Shown here piece after piece: positions 51,405 to 62,078 of a stretch of DNA of 64,000 nucleotides. The notes below the pieces were generated by a model. That model was not told the DNA's origin, did not search any database, and saw nothing but the letters and a program-made list of their open reading frames with translations. Each line of letters starts with the position of its first letter. Position 1 is the stretch's first letter. The stretch is from positions 271,846-335,845 of the forward strand of contig NMRA01000010.1 in assembly GCA_002633005.1 (NCBI GenBank), read 5' to 3'. The stretch comes from Phoronis australis (taxonomy: Eukaryota; Animalia; Phoronida). The position numbers and the translations under genes were made by a program.

Positions 51405-54400
51405 GCTGTTTATTTGGTCTAACTGATAGGAGACAAAATTTGTAAAAACACAGTGTTCTTCACGATTAATAATTTTCCATGAAATTTGCTAGAGCTCGCT
51501 GTATCTTTGACGCTCGTTCTCAGCGCAATAATAAAGCAGACGACCAAGAGACATAAGAAAAGTAGTGGTTAAAATGACAGTTATACTACGAGAATATGCT
51601 ATCTGATTCTCAGGCAAATATAAAACGACAAAAAGTTATTAAAATATGTGATGTAGTGTGGTGACCTATTCAGATGCAAGTCAATGCCAGAGCCTGGCCG
51701 TCTGGATCGAGCGAATTTCGTTGATAATTTTAATCGTGAATATTGATATAATCAATACACTGCATTCAACGAATTATGTTTGCGGGAGGTAATGATGCCA
51801 AATTGTTCTAACAAATATTGCATAAAATAGTACACGTGCCTGTCCAGAAATTGACACGGGCAGTGAGTGGTGATGACAGTGGCGGTGATCTTGGTGGTGG
51901 TGGTGTTGATTGTAGTGCATTTCGATGCCTGTGTTAATGGTAGTGTAATGTTGGTGCAATGGTGAAGTGTAGCAGTAGTGACGATGGTGGTGATGACGGC
52001 GGCGGAAGACATAGCGGAGTTGCAGGCGGTGGTGCCAGCGGTGGTTTGGAGGGTTTAGAATGCTTGTACGGTTTCCTTGTCGATATACTTGGAAGAATTG
52101 ACAGGGAGGTGGGGTTGGTGCTGGTGACGGTGACAGCACGGTAGTGGTGGCTACATATATGATGTTGATAGTGATGGTGGTGGCGTTGGTGGTGGGATTC
52201 GGGTGATGGTGGTGTTGGTAGGGTGGTGGTGATATCAGCAGTGGTGATGTTGGTGATGAGGATGTCGGTGGCAGTTTTGATAAGGCACGGATTACAGGTG
52301 TATGTCGAGATTAAAAAATCGTACCAGCGCGCTGATAGTTTCGATGACGGTGATGGTGTCCGTAGTGGTGGTGGTGGGGCAAGTGATTTTGCTACTGATT
52401 ATAGAGACGACGATTTTGTTGATAGCGATTGTTGTGCAGGTAATAGGACTTTTAGTGGTGGAAGTTGTGAGTTATCCTGGAGGCTCCTCAACTAGTAGTT
52501 AGTGGCTGTGGTGGTGATGAGTTGATCTCGAACACCACTATAAGCTATTGGCGTTGACTAGTAATTGCAAATATCTCCTCACCCTGTAGCTTGTGTTACA
52601 TCCAAACGGCAGGCCAGAGGGCGTGTACTTCCCCAAGCTCGCCCATGGCATCTCCATTTTGGGAAGCACTGGCCACTCCTTAAACGAATCCTTGAACGTT
52701 GTCGTTCCACTAAATGGCGTTGAGCTCAAAACAAATTCCCTGAATTAAAACGCAACGTATACGTTCAGTAGGATGAAACCATTTAAGAGTATAAAGCACA
52801 ATAAATTCAAAGGTTTTTGTTTGTTGTAAATACAATCACCCGTAAACGTATTTTGTTTATAAGTTTATGCAAGAGCAATGGCTCTAAATTAAAGCATAAT
52901 CGAATTCATGTTCCCAAAAACCATGTCACCGCTTCGTAATGTGTATTAAGACGTTTTGAACAAAGAGTATTGGCTCACGTGATCTCAAGTGATCACAAAA
53001 GGCAGGAACTATAAAGCTCTCGTTATAACGCGCGAAGGATTTGCCGGTAACGGCAATAACAAACGTCGCAAGTATAGAGTATCTCAGGTTTATTTTGTAA
53101 CCAGATAAAAAGTCACGTATTCCGAATAAATATTAACACTAACAATTTTTGGGCTCGTATTCACTTACGGTTTTTGTATAATTGGAAGTACCCTTTCCTG
53201 GTTTCTGTGGTCGATATAATGGTCTCTAAACGTGGTATTTCCCGCCATTTTACCGGAAGGTGGAATATACGGCGTTCTTTCTAAAACTAGAAAACACACC
53301 TTTGTACCAATACAGGGATGAACGTAGCATATCACTCATGGTGTACTTGATAATCTTAAGTGAACAATTTGCGACACGATCTATTCGTCATCAATCTTTA
53401 CGTTTACCAAAAGTTCGAATGGACAAAATAGCAAATAGCAATTCCTGCACGTGTCTTCTGATGCCTGTTGCCGAGTCTAACCACGTGGTCGAACCTGCCG
53501 AATAAGACTTAATAATATTAGAAACAAATTCTCACCCGTGGGCCAGCTTTCTCCATATCAAGAATCGTTAATGTAATTTATAGCGCAAGATATGCGCAAG
53601 GCTACGGTCGTTAAAAAAGAACCAGACAATTTACCATTTTCAAAAACCAACGATATATAAATTGTGCAGAGTCATTGGCAAAGGTCAACATCTGCGAATC
53701 GACCGCCTACATGTTCATGGGTACTCTTTATGCGAACAAAACAGACATCAATATCACCACTCTGCCATTTTCCTCTAAATGTACGCCCATGAGATCTTTG
53801 GGTTAGTGTTCTGGAAAGGTCCTTAAAATGCTCTTTTTGGTATATTTTTGTTAGGATTCAGCTTTTCTGTGTTAACTGATAAATGTGCGTCTTCTGTTGG
53901 AAACCATGCAACTACTTTCTGTTACAAATTCAGTCTCATCTTGCTCGATCCTTACAAAGATTAGAAATGATTTCTACTATATACGTATGCATGTATGTAT
54001 GTATGTAGGCCTATGTGTGTGTGTGTGCGCGCGCTCGCGTGCGTGTTTGCGCGCGCGCTCGTGTGTCCGTGTATTTTGTAAGTATGATCATGTATATATG
54101 CTTGAAAAGAGCTGACCGGTCGTTATTGCTTCACACACCACTCATTACGTAATTATTATGTCGGGTTGGTTTCAGTTGCCAAGACAGTAATAACAACGCG
54201 ATGGTATTATATTGGAAGAGCAAAGGCGTCTGGGTAGAAAGTTGACATTTAAAAGCTGGCCCAACGAGGCATTTTCTACGTAAACCAACACTCGCCATCC
54301 GACTAGAGCGACGTCTTTCGTAAAAATGTGGCCGAAGGGTCTAATCTCGGAGCCCAGACTAGACCCACACTCACACTCACATCATAGCCAATCACTGTAG

Positions 54401-57400
54401 GACTCGATAGCCAATTACTGTAGTACTCGATAGCCAGTCACTGTAGGACTCAATAGCCAATCACTGTAGGACTCGATAGCCAATCACTGTAGGACTCGAT
54501 TGTAAATGTGTAAGTTTACTCGAAGAGTGTCAAGAGTCTTTCGCTTGGTTCAGTTTGAGAATTTTGGTGTGCCAAGACGAGCCGATCGCAATTTCTTGTC
54601 ATTCACAGACAGTTTAGGACAATGGAGATTTTCATTTGAATCGCTTGATTATTTAGCCGTTCTCTAGAGGAAATTTGACAGTATGATGGTCGCATAAATT
54701 GTTAAGAAACTATTGGAAATCTCACGTCTTCAGACCTCCAGCCAAGTGCGCGGATCGCTGTCTACCAACCATTTTGTCGCCATCGAGCGTCAAGTCGTCG
54801 TACTAACTTGCTGCTATGTTTGATCGGAAATGATGGACGGTGGCTTTAAAGGACAATGCCACCCAAAACCCAAGAAAGCAACCTAATTTGTATCAATTTA
54901 GATCGAGTAGTTCTACTCGATAACGGCACGTTCGGTTGTGTTACCTGACACCTGACGGCAGAAGGAGGTGTTGAAATTATCCAATGACGTCATTGGTTTC
55001 ACACGCAGTCTATTCAGCAGTTCACAATACAGGTTACTGGTGTCAGCTTGTCGCTTGAATTCATCGTTTAACACCAATAAATCATCAAACTTCGATGTAA
55101 AACCCTTAAAAATACACCGAGTTCTTATAAAAACGCGTTGTTTTAGTTCGCCGTTACGGATTTATTGGTATTTGGACACACCGTAGCCTACAAAGTTCGG
55201 CAGTTTGGGGTCTGTTCGGACATAAATTCGAAGTATTCTTCCGTGAAATAGGACCTACAGACAGGAGAACGTAGATCTGTATTGTTTAGACTTGTGATTT
55301 TTTAGTTCTAAACACACAAAAGGCTTGATGTTATCCCGGCCGATCAGAACCCGATCCAGGCCCGTCGAGGCCGCCGGGACTGGCACGAACATAAACCGGC
55401 TTGAATTGGAAACTAAACCTCTAGACACGAAAAGACTATTATAGTGAGCCAAAGAAATAATTTGCACGTAATTATTTATGTGAATTAGCCACAAAACTGA
55501 AAATCTACGTACTTGTCGGAGGCCGCGAAGTCGGGTTCCCCTTCCATAGACCGTCAGGGCAAAGGTTGTACAGTAACAATGATTTGAATAATGTATTTGT
55601 ATTTCAAAGTAAAGATTCCCCTAACATGTGACCTCATAACAGCTTTCTGTCAGCAAAACTGAATTAGCATGCGCTCACACGGCCTCGGTGCCCGGTCAAT
55701 TACCTTGATTGGCGACATCAAAATCCGGAAACGCAGTGGTTTATTCATTGCTGGCTTCTCAACATTTGCACTCACGAATACTGCAAAGGCATTACAAATT
55801 GGGATACACTGATCAAAAAATACTAGAGAGGCGCCGTGAACATGCACAGGCAACGGAACGTATGGATAGTCATTTGGTAAGCCGGAATTCGTCAGAGAAA
55901 TGCCGGCCACAGACACGGAGATGTTTCACGGCCTCATATACTTGCTATTAACAGCGTACCTTTAATTCTTAACTACCGCGTGCCAATTCCTAAGCACTTC
56001 AGGCTCTCGCGGATGTCGAAAAAACGATACACCCGCTTTCTTCGCAGCTTCATAGTTCGGACAAACGGGAACAATGCACCGCAATGTAGCGGCATTCACT
56101 CTGCAGACAAACCACTGACGTCGCTGCGTCGTTTCTCACCTTCCTCACAGGTTAACGCAACACCTTTCAGCAAGGTGAGGTCGACCATGTAAGAGGCGGC
56201 GTGAATATAGACCGATTAAGACGGCAAAAAAGACTAATTAAATCGGGTGGCATTCTCCTTTAAAGGAGCAATATAACTAACCCTTCTGCCAAACAATAAC
56301 ACGTAAGTTTACGCCTCCTATAGTTGAAAAATCGTGCTCCTTGCTCAGGCTGTGAGCGATTTTCAGGGTTTAGAATTACAAACATGGCGTTATTGCTTCA
56401 TCCCAAGCCAATGCTGTTAGTTTTAGCCTGCCAAGGCAGTAGGACCATAAGAGGAATTCCGTCAATTTTCAGGTGATACTAATTTCACTTCAAAGAAAAG
56501 CTGGGGACGTATTGACATTGCTGGGGAAGTGCAAAACGTCTGTGATATGAAAGTTGTCATTTTTCAACACCAGAACACTGATGATTTATTGCTGCTACAA
56601 TTGTTCGTGAAAACATGCAACAAAAAATCTTTTTCAGATATCCCGATGCTTACCTATTCTACGCAAACTTACCAAAGCGTTCTGGTATATCTTTCCATGT
56701 GTAGTCGCGGAGGTACATTGTCTCTCGGTCCATGGGACCTTTACCGGTGTGATCTTGCTCTTTGTGGATGATGTAACTACGCTTCTTTGTTAGCCCATGG
56801 TCCACAAAGTCAACCTAGAAAATTAGAGCAAACAGGACTGAATGAAATAGTTACTGAAACACATATCGTCTGTCTTAGCAATCGCTCCCATTTATACGCA
56901 TCGTAGCACACCGTTTTCGACTTTTTAAATGCATTGTGTGCCACAGAAATCAAAAGATTGTTGATCACCACACAACCAAAATTAAAGGCGTCGCCAGTGC
57001 CATATTTTGGTGTCACGTGAATATTTTTTCGACTAATTTGCCCAGCTACTAAACAGGGGAGAAGTGCTTTGAAAGCGCCTTCCTTGCTACTTCTTGCTTG
57101 TGTAGGAAAAAATTCCAAATTGGACTACTTTCGCAATACCGTACCTAAAGAATGGCTGGTACGATTCAAATGAAACTTTCGGACATTAAACCTTATGCAC
57201 TGTCTGCCACAATGCTGTTAGGAATTGGTTTTAAAGTGTTCCACTCATGAACGAGGGGATATAGAACAATATAGTTCTTATGATTTTGATGAAAAAAATT
57301 ATCTCAATAACTTGCAGTTATGTGTAAATTGTGAGAGACTGTTCTTTTTGGCTCATGAAATTTAATTATTTTCAGAATTTTATGTGTGGAGCGTAAGATT

Positions 57401-59040
57401 AAATTTCTGACTTAATTTTCAAGTAAATTTTCCCGAAACAGACTCCGGATGTCCATTGCAGTGGCAACGGAACAAAGGACATTTATGAAAAATATCTACA
57501 AATTTATAGAATTAATCTTAGCAAAGGTTTGTATTTCCTGAGAGTAGAAATTTTGTAAACTTTGATTTTTGATCTGCCATCAATTAGGTCACGTGTCCAA
57601 TGTCGGGTTTTCACCGTGTAGCTGAGGGCACAGGTTGTTAGTGATAGATACTAATAGCTTTCGGTGTGACGATCGACTGAATATTGTTACGAATTAATCA
57701 CTTTATTCATCACGATCGTATGTTCACCGTTTCACCGTCTACTTAAACAAAACATCCAACTCAATGTCGGTTCAGTGCTCCGGCCAGTGCTGCAAATCCT
57801 TGACTTGTGATAAACTTCTGAGACACGTTCAGCAACTGTTACACTCGCTGATTCAATAACCTGCTGTCTCTGTAGGTGGCTCTCTATTGACTGTCGCTAC
57901 AACTGCTGATTTTCTTCACTGCAACTCCACTATAACTGTAACTGTAGCTTCAACTTCCGCTCAACTTCAACTTCATATAACTATAACTAAGTCTCACTAA
58001 CCGTGTCTGAGTATTTAGTCTCTTACAATGGTGTGCAACTTTTCACCAATATTATTCAAGCACATTCCATAACTACAAGCTTATACTATAAGCTCTAGAA
58101 TGTTCCTGACTATAGTTCTAATAAACTGAAATCTTCTAGAATCTTCTGAAATCTTCTCTATTATTCGAATGTAAACAAATTACATCATCACTGGCCTGGC
58201 CTCATAGGTCATGCCAATCAAGTGCTATCTGCTAGTGAACAAACAAAACAGTAAAATAAAACTTATTACACTAAAACCAGTATCAATCTACCCGTGACAA
58301 CCATACTTTCCAGGAAAATTTAGCGAAGATCTAAGGCACTTTCATAGCAAAACAACAAAATTAATAGAATGACCCAATGTCATATCGGGGATATAAGCAT
58401 TGAGAAAATCTCAAAAACACTCTGATGGTCTTCTAAATTATTGTTGCATTTTCGATTTAGGCAACTTTAAACCATTTTCATAAAAATCTACCAGACCGGT
58501 CTCTTGAGCCCCTCAGGTAAAAGTGAAACAATTCCTAATATGCATTGTGTAATAATGCATAAAGCGTAGTATCTCAAAGTTTCATGTGAATCTGATCAAC
58601 CATTTTTAGATATGTTGTTCTGAATTTGGCCAAAATTGAACATTTTCTAGGGTCCATTATAACCTTTTAACAACAGGGAACATGAACTTCTTTCCCTTCA
58701 AAACTGGTTCTGGACAGTGTTCAGTACAAGCATAAAAGGGTAAAATTACCTGTCGGATGTTGTCAGTGAACATCTTACCTTAAACGTGGTATCTCCCCGA
58801 AATTTTCCGCCAGTTTTCAGATTCTCATCTTGAATGATTGGCATGGGGCGCGCGTTCGTGGGGTCTGGGTATTTGTAGCTAGCCATCATCATTGATTCAT
58901 CCATTAGTTTCACGCTAGGTGGCACGTATGCCAAGTTGGGCCTGAAGCTCTCGGCTGGAGACGAATCCTGGTAAACAGTGAATGTGTTTATTAATTACAC
59001 ATAATTCGTGATTTTCAAGATGTAGCACTTGCCTTTAGGC

Positions 59041-59072
<32 letters not shown>

Positions 59073-62000
59073 TTACCTTGACGTTTTTTCAATGATTTAA
59101 TTCGCAGCAAACTACATAATTACATTGTACAGAGATTCGCAAGTCTTCCTTTTGACTCGAGAACACTGGAGATGGTTTACGATCACATTAACCATAGGAA
59201 TTGTTGTAATTGAGCGTGAGTGTTTGCCTCGGCAGTTTGACCACTCTGTTTTGACTTGATGTAGATGTCTACTTAATAGCATATCAATTTTTTTGATTAA
59301 GCTGTGAGTACCTTATTAAGCTTATCGTGTCTTTAAGCATCAGCAAAACGTGGATAACTAATCCACAATGAAAATTCGTTTTGTACGAACAATTCGTTGG
59401 CATGCCACTGCCTTTGAAATGTTAAATTATAGCTGAAAAGTTTTGCTTAAGAATTACTTTCGTGATATTCTGCCAAAATTTGAAGAAAAAAGAGACGATC
59501 TTTTTGGGGGGTATCCCTGGCCCGAAACCTTACCTTGGCTGGGTAGTCAATCAAGTATGTCGTCGTATCTTCCAACTTAGTCGTCGGAGCCACATATGCT
59601 ACAGGGGGTCGCTTGATGACACCCCCGCCCTGAAATAGAGCACATAAAATAAACATTAAAAGTTTAGATGCGTGAATATCTTACAAACAATCTGCAAGGC
59701 AAGCACGAACTCCGTGAAAATGCAGTTCATCATTCGTCAATTGGATAACATTCAAAATTTCAATTAAATTTCTAATGTCTATCGTAATCACTGGAATATC
59801 GAAATGTCGCTGCATTTAAAAAACGCTGAGTACAGTCTCAGGATTTCTGCCTGCTAAGCGACGAGTATACAATTGGTTGTTAACGAAGTGTCGTTCACCG
59901 ATGCAGTAATGGGTATACAAGTTGTACGATGGCTATCTCCAAATCTTTTATCAACAACCTGATAACTAGATTAACGTTAATATTCTTTACAAGTGACATG
60001 AGTACAGAAGAGTTCTTAATAAATGTGCAATGCAAATGATAATAGCGGCGTATTTCTATAATAAGATCTGCTATTTGTTGGATATTTTCTGTTGCCAAGC
60101 TTAGTTAGTATCTCGTAATATTTACTACCGCTTTCTGTATGGTTTCAATCAGTATTTTTGCCCAGAAAGCTCCGACAGCATTATACGTGTATTGACCCCA
60201 TAGACCAGTTTTCTGCCTTGCGACGTATTTGTCGTCAAGACTTTCACCGAAATTTTACTTCCCGACAGGTTTGACGAAATCACAATTATAATGAAACAGT
60301 CGAACTGACAAGCTAAGTGTCTTACGAGTTTGGTGAAATCACCCAAGATCGCTTTGTGGTAGGCTAGTGTTTCGTTTGTAAGCTTGCGTGTTTACTGGCT
60401 AACTCTAGGTAAATCTCTCTCACAAAAGGTACGATGGGGTATTTCAAATGGTATCTATGCACCCTGAACAATATCTCCTTCCCGGAGAAACAAGAGCCAC
60501 ATTTGTCACAGGAAGTGTGCGAAAAGCCGAGAGGAGAGAACTTGACTTAATAACAAATACAAGTAGTCCATTATACCAACCATTTTAAAGCCCGATCGGA
60601 TGGCGGGTTTATGAATGAATTTTAATATCTAGTGGCCTTACCTCTTTTGGTGTGTAATCGACCCTGTAGCAGGTCTGGTCCGCCATCACGCCGCTACCTC
60701 GCTTGTACTCATCATCTGGTCTAATGGGTTTACATGGATCCACCCACTTAGAGCTGTATTCCTACATTTTTACGTGATAATGTTTTACACGAGTGACAAC
60801 GAGTAGTTTGAAAGCGTAACGCGTGTGTTAGCATTCTAGATTTCTTTCGTTTGTAGAAATGTCGATTTGGGACAGTTTTCTCACTTCATTCTTTAAGTGA
60901 CTTTATCGACAAGAACTAAAATTGTTTTCCTGATATCCGCCCTAGCGCGGATTCAGTCATCTACAGCCTTCGCAGTCACAGTCAAACAGTCTGGTAGCTG
61001 ACCTGAATCACACCCATTAATGACTGAGTAATTTAAGCTTCTTTTCCCTCCGTGTAATGTCACCGGCCTTGTTTTCAGTGAATGTCTAGCAAATAAGTGA
61101 CACTGAAGATTATTGATTTTTATATAAATCCCAAAAAACAGAAAATGATTTGTTGCTTTTTAGATTAAAAAGTCTATCCCATCCAGCTAGAATCACAGTG
61201 TTTTATGTGCCTTAAAGACGATTTGCGCGGACACGGTTCTTCGTTCTTGTATTATGAAAATTAATTTCAGAGGGAAGGGTACACAACATTCACTAGGTGG
61301 CGCACGTGAATCAAGGGACAGGGAAATACCGCATTCGGGTAAATGGCGTAGGTTAAATTATCGCACCTATTGTCAAACTACTCTCTGCTGTCTCAATCAC
61401 AGAATTTAGAATTCAAGAAGAGTGTCCTAGAAAATATCGACTTGCCGATTGATGCAAAATTACAAATTAAGTGATTTCACCTTAAATCAATGTGCACGAG
61501 GAAAGGGATTTTCATGGAAAGCGATTTTGTCGACTTTTTTAAACTGAAAACAAAACTACTACGTCAGTAAGTGAATAATAGTTTGGAGACGCGAAAGATT
61601 ACTTACATCTCGGTTTTCCGTCTGAAAGCATGGTCCAAAATCTCTTGGTAAAACAACGTTGGTGGTGTGAGGACAATGATGTCGCCTATAACAATAATAA
61701 TCTATGTAGTTTACAATGCATAAATAGTCGGCAGTGATTTGCAAGAATGTCCAAGGTGGCGTATATCAGTAAAAAAATCGGCGAACTATTCCTTCAACGA
61801 CACCATATCAAATTTAGTGTTTTCAAGTTAGATTAGTTTCTCTAGTAGGGAGGTGCTATCGCTCATAACAGCGCAGCGAGTTACGAGGATAAGAATTACT
61901 TGAAAAAAGGAACTCTTCCATGGCGAGTAAAAAAACAGCAAACCATTCCTCAGGGTTTGCACGAAGGTATACTACCAAACCTCGTGCTCTAAATACGCGA

Positions 62001-62078
62001 CGAACTTGAATGTACATGTATGTTTATGAAAAGCTCTTACCCGCACGTACAAATTTGGCATATGCACCGCGCGGACAT
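47656..62078 (-). CDS. SAXO2: Stabilizer of axonemal microtubules (SAXO1/SAXO2, FAM154 family)-like protein, 11 coding exons, 540 aa
   Basis: Hand-spliced with GT-AG introns and consistent phases: 62078-62041, 61685-61607, 60761-60642, 59629-59534, 58967-58779, 56814-56673, 53280-53169, 52739-52583, 50280-50171, 48465-48353, 48122-47656 (1623 nt, open frame). The N-terminus MSARCICQICTCGRHHCPH is the SAXO signature, followed by about 12 Mn-like modules (T-x-[YF]-x-x-D-[YF]). SAXO1 versus SAXO2 orthology cannot be resolved here. Confidence 0.93.
48353..48465 (-). CDS. SAXO2: SAXO-like exon 10 (DEYPRKVVSIPKLCRPDRSY...AAVYK)
   Basis: cacag| acceptor, G|GTGAG donor, phase 2/1. Confidence 0.88.
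48999..49579. mobile_element. Two adjacent palindromic MITEs with TAG termini and AT-rich internal repeats
   Basis: TAGGTGAAGTAGGACG...GTCGTACTTGGCCTA (~48999-49345) and TAGGCTAAGTGCGAC...GTCGCACTTGGTCTA (~49349-49579), sharing TTATTACTG and CCAATCAGAAGCCAGG motifs. Confidence 0.65.
50171..50280 (-). CDS. SAXO2: SAXO-like exon 9 (EDYIRHPEARN...MLDKTTY)
   Basis: tcttcttcag| acceptor, TT|GTAAGT donor. Confidence 0.9.
50312..51148 (+). mobile_element. L1/Tx1-group LINE, 5'-truncated, with TSD
   Basis: zf-RVT-like QFKLLHRILVTN...CTFC...ETVDHIFFEC; AATAAA plus A tail; 16-bp TSD AAACTCGGATACATAT at 50296-50311 and 51149-51164. Confidence 0.92.
51278..51408. repeat. (GCT)n/(GCC)n trinucleotide microsatellite
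   Basis: Direct reading. Confidence 0.95.
51865..52520. repeat. Degenerate (GGT/GAT)n low-complexity tract
   Basis: Direct reading; gives spurious His/Thr/Val-rich ORFs. Confidence 0.85.
52583..52739 (-). CDS. SAXO2: SAXO-like exon 8 (EFVLSSTPFSGTTTFKDSFKEWP...NTSYR)
   Basis: ttcag| acceptor, AGG|GTGAG donor. Confidence 0.9.
53169..53280 (-). CDS. SAXO2: SAXO-like exon 7 (ERTPYIPPSGKMAGNTTFRDHYIDHRNQERVLPIIQKP)
   Basis: ttttag| acceptor, CC|GTAAGT donor; phase 1/2 bridges exons 6 and 8. Confidence 0.88.
54384..54500. repeat. 23-bp tandem repeat, 5 copies
   Basis: Unit ATAGCCAATCACTGTAGGACTCG. Confidence 0.92.
54850..56259 (+). mobile_element. Non-autonomous Kolobok, copy 3 (both ends intact), in SAXO intron 6
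   Basis: TTAA|AGGACAATGCCACCC ... GGGTGGCATTCTCCT|TTAA: TTAA TSD, RR...YY termini, THAP remnant on -. Confidence 0.9.
56673..56814 (-). CDS. SAXO2: SAXO-like exon 6 (VDFVDHGLTKK...ETMYLRDYTWKDIPERF)
   Basis: ttttctag| acceptor, G|GTAAG donor, phase 0/1. Confidence 0.88.
57601..58299 (-). mobile_element. Probable solo LTR nested in an older inverted-repeat element
   Basis: TGTCGGG...CCCGTGACA termini, minus-strand AATAAA at ~57703, imperfect flanks TCCAA/ACCAT; host arms 57140-57200 and 58557-58614 are inverted homologues. Confidence 0.55.
58779..58967 (-). CDS. SAXO2: SAXO-like exon 5 (DSSPAESFRPN...GDTTFK)
   Basis: ttaccag| acceptor, AAG|GTAAG donor, 63 codons open. Confidence 0.9.
59041..59069. 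repeat. (TG)n microsatellite
   Basis: Direct reading. Confidence 0.95.
59534..59629 (-). CDS. SAXO2: SAXO-like exon 4 (GGGVIKRPPVAYVAPTTKLEDTTTYLIDYPAK)
   Basis: tttcag| acceptor, AAG|GTAAG donor, Mn-like motif. Confidence 0.9.
60642..60761 (-). CDS. SAXO2: SAXO-like exon 3 (EYSSKWVDPCKPIRPDDEYKRGSGVMADQTCYRVDYTPKE)
   Basis: Phase 0/0, donor GAG|GTAAG; the acceptor has a weak pyrimidine tract. Confidence 0.85.
61607..61685 (-). CDS. SAXO2: SAXO-like exon 2 (RHHCPHTTNVVLPRDFGPCFQTENRD)
   Basis: Acceptor ttatag|, donor |GTAAGT, in frame with exon 1. Confidence 0.9.
62041..62078 (-). CDS. SAXO2: SAXO-like exon 1 (MSARCICQICTCG)
   Basis: ATG at 62078, donor GG|GTAAG, phase 2. Confidence 0.9.

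Noticed and set aside
51171-51445. Poly-Ala and poly-Cys ORFs
   Set aside because: Translations of a (GCT/GCC)n microsatellite inside a SAXO intron
51752-52502. His/Thr/Gly/Val-rich ORFs
   Set aside because: Degenerate trinucleotide low-complexity tract, intronic, with no convincing splice context
53536-53603. Candidate extra SAXO exon ending CGG|GTGAG
   Set aside because: Stop codons in the phases needed; exons 6 and 7 already join in frame
54384-54500. CRISPR-like appearance of short repeats (also 3344-3442)
   Set aside because: Head-to-tail repeats without unique spacers, no cas genes, eukaryotic context
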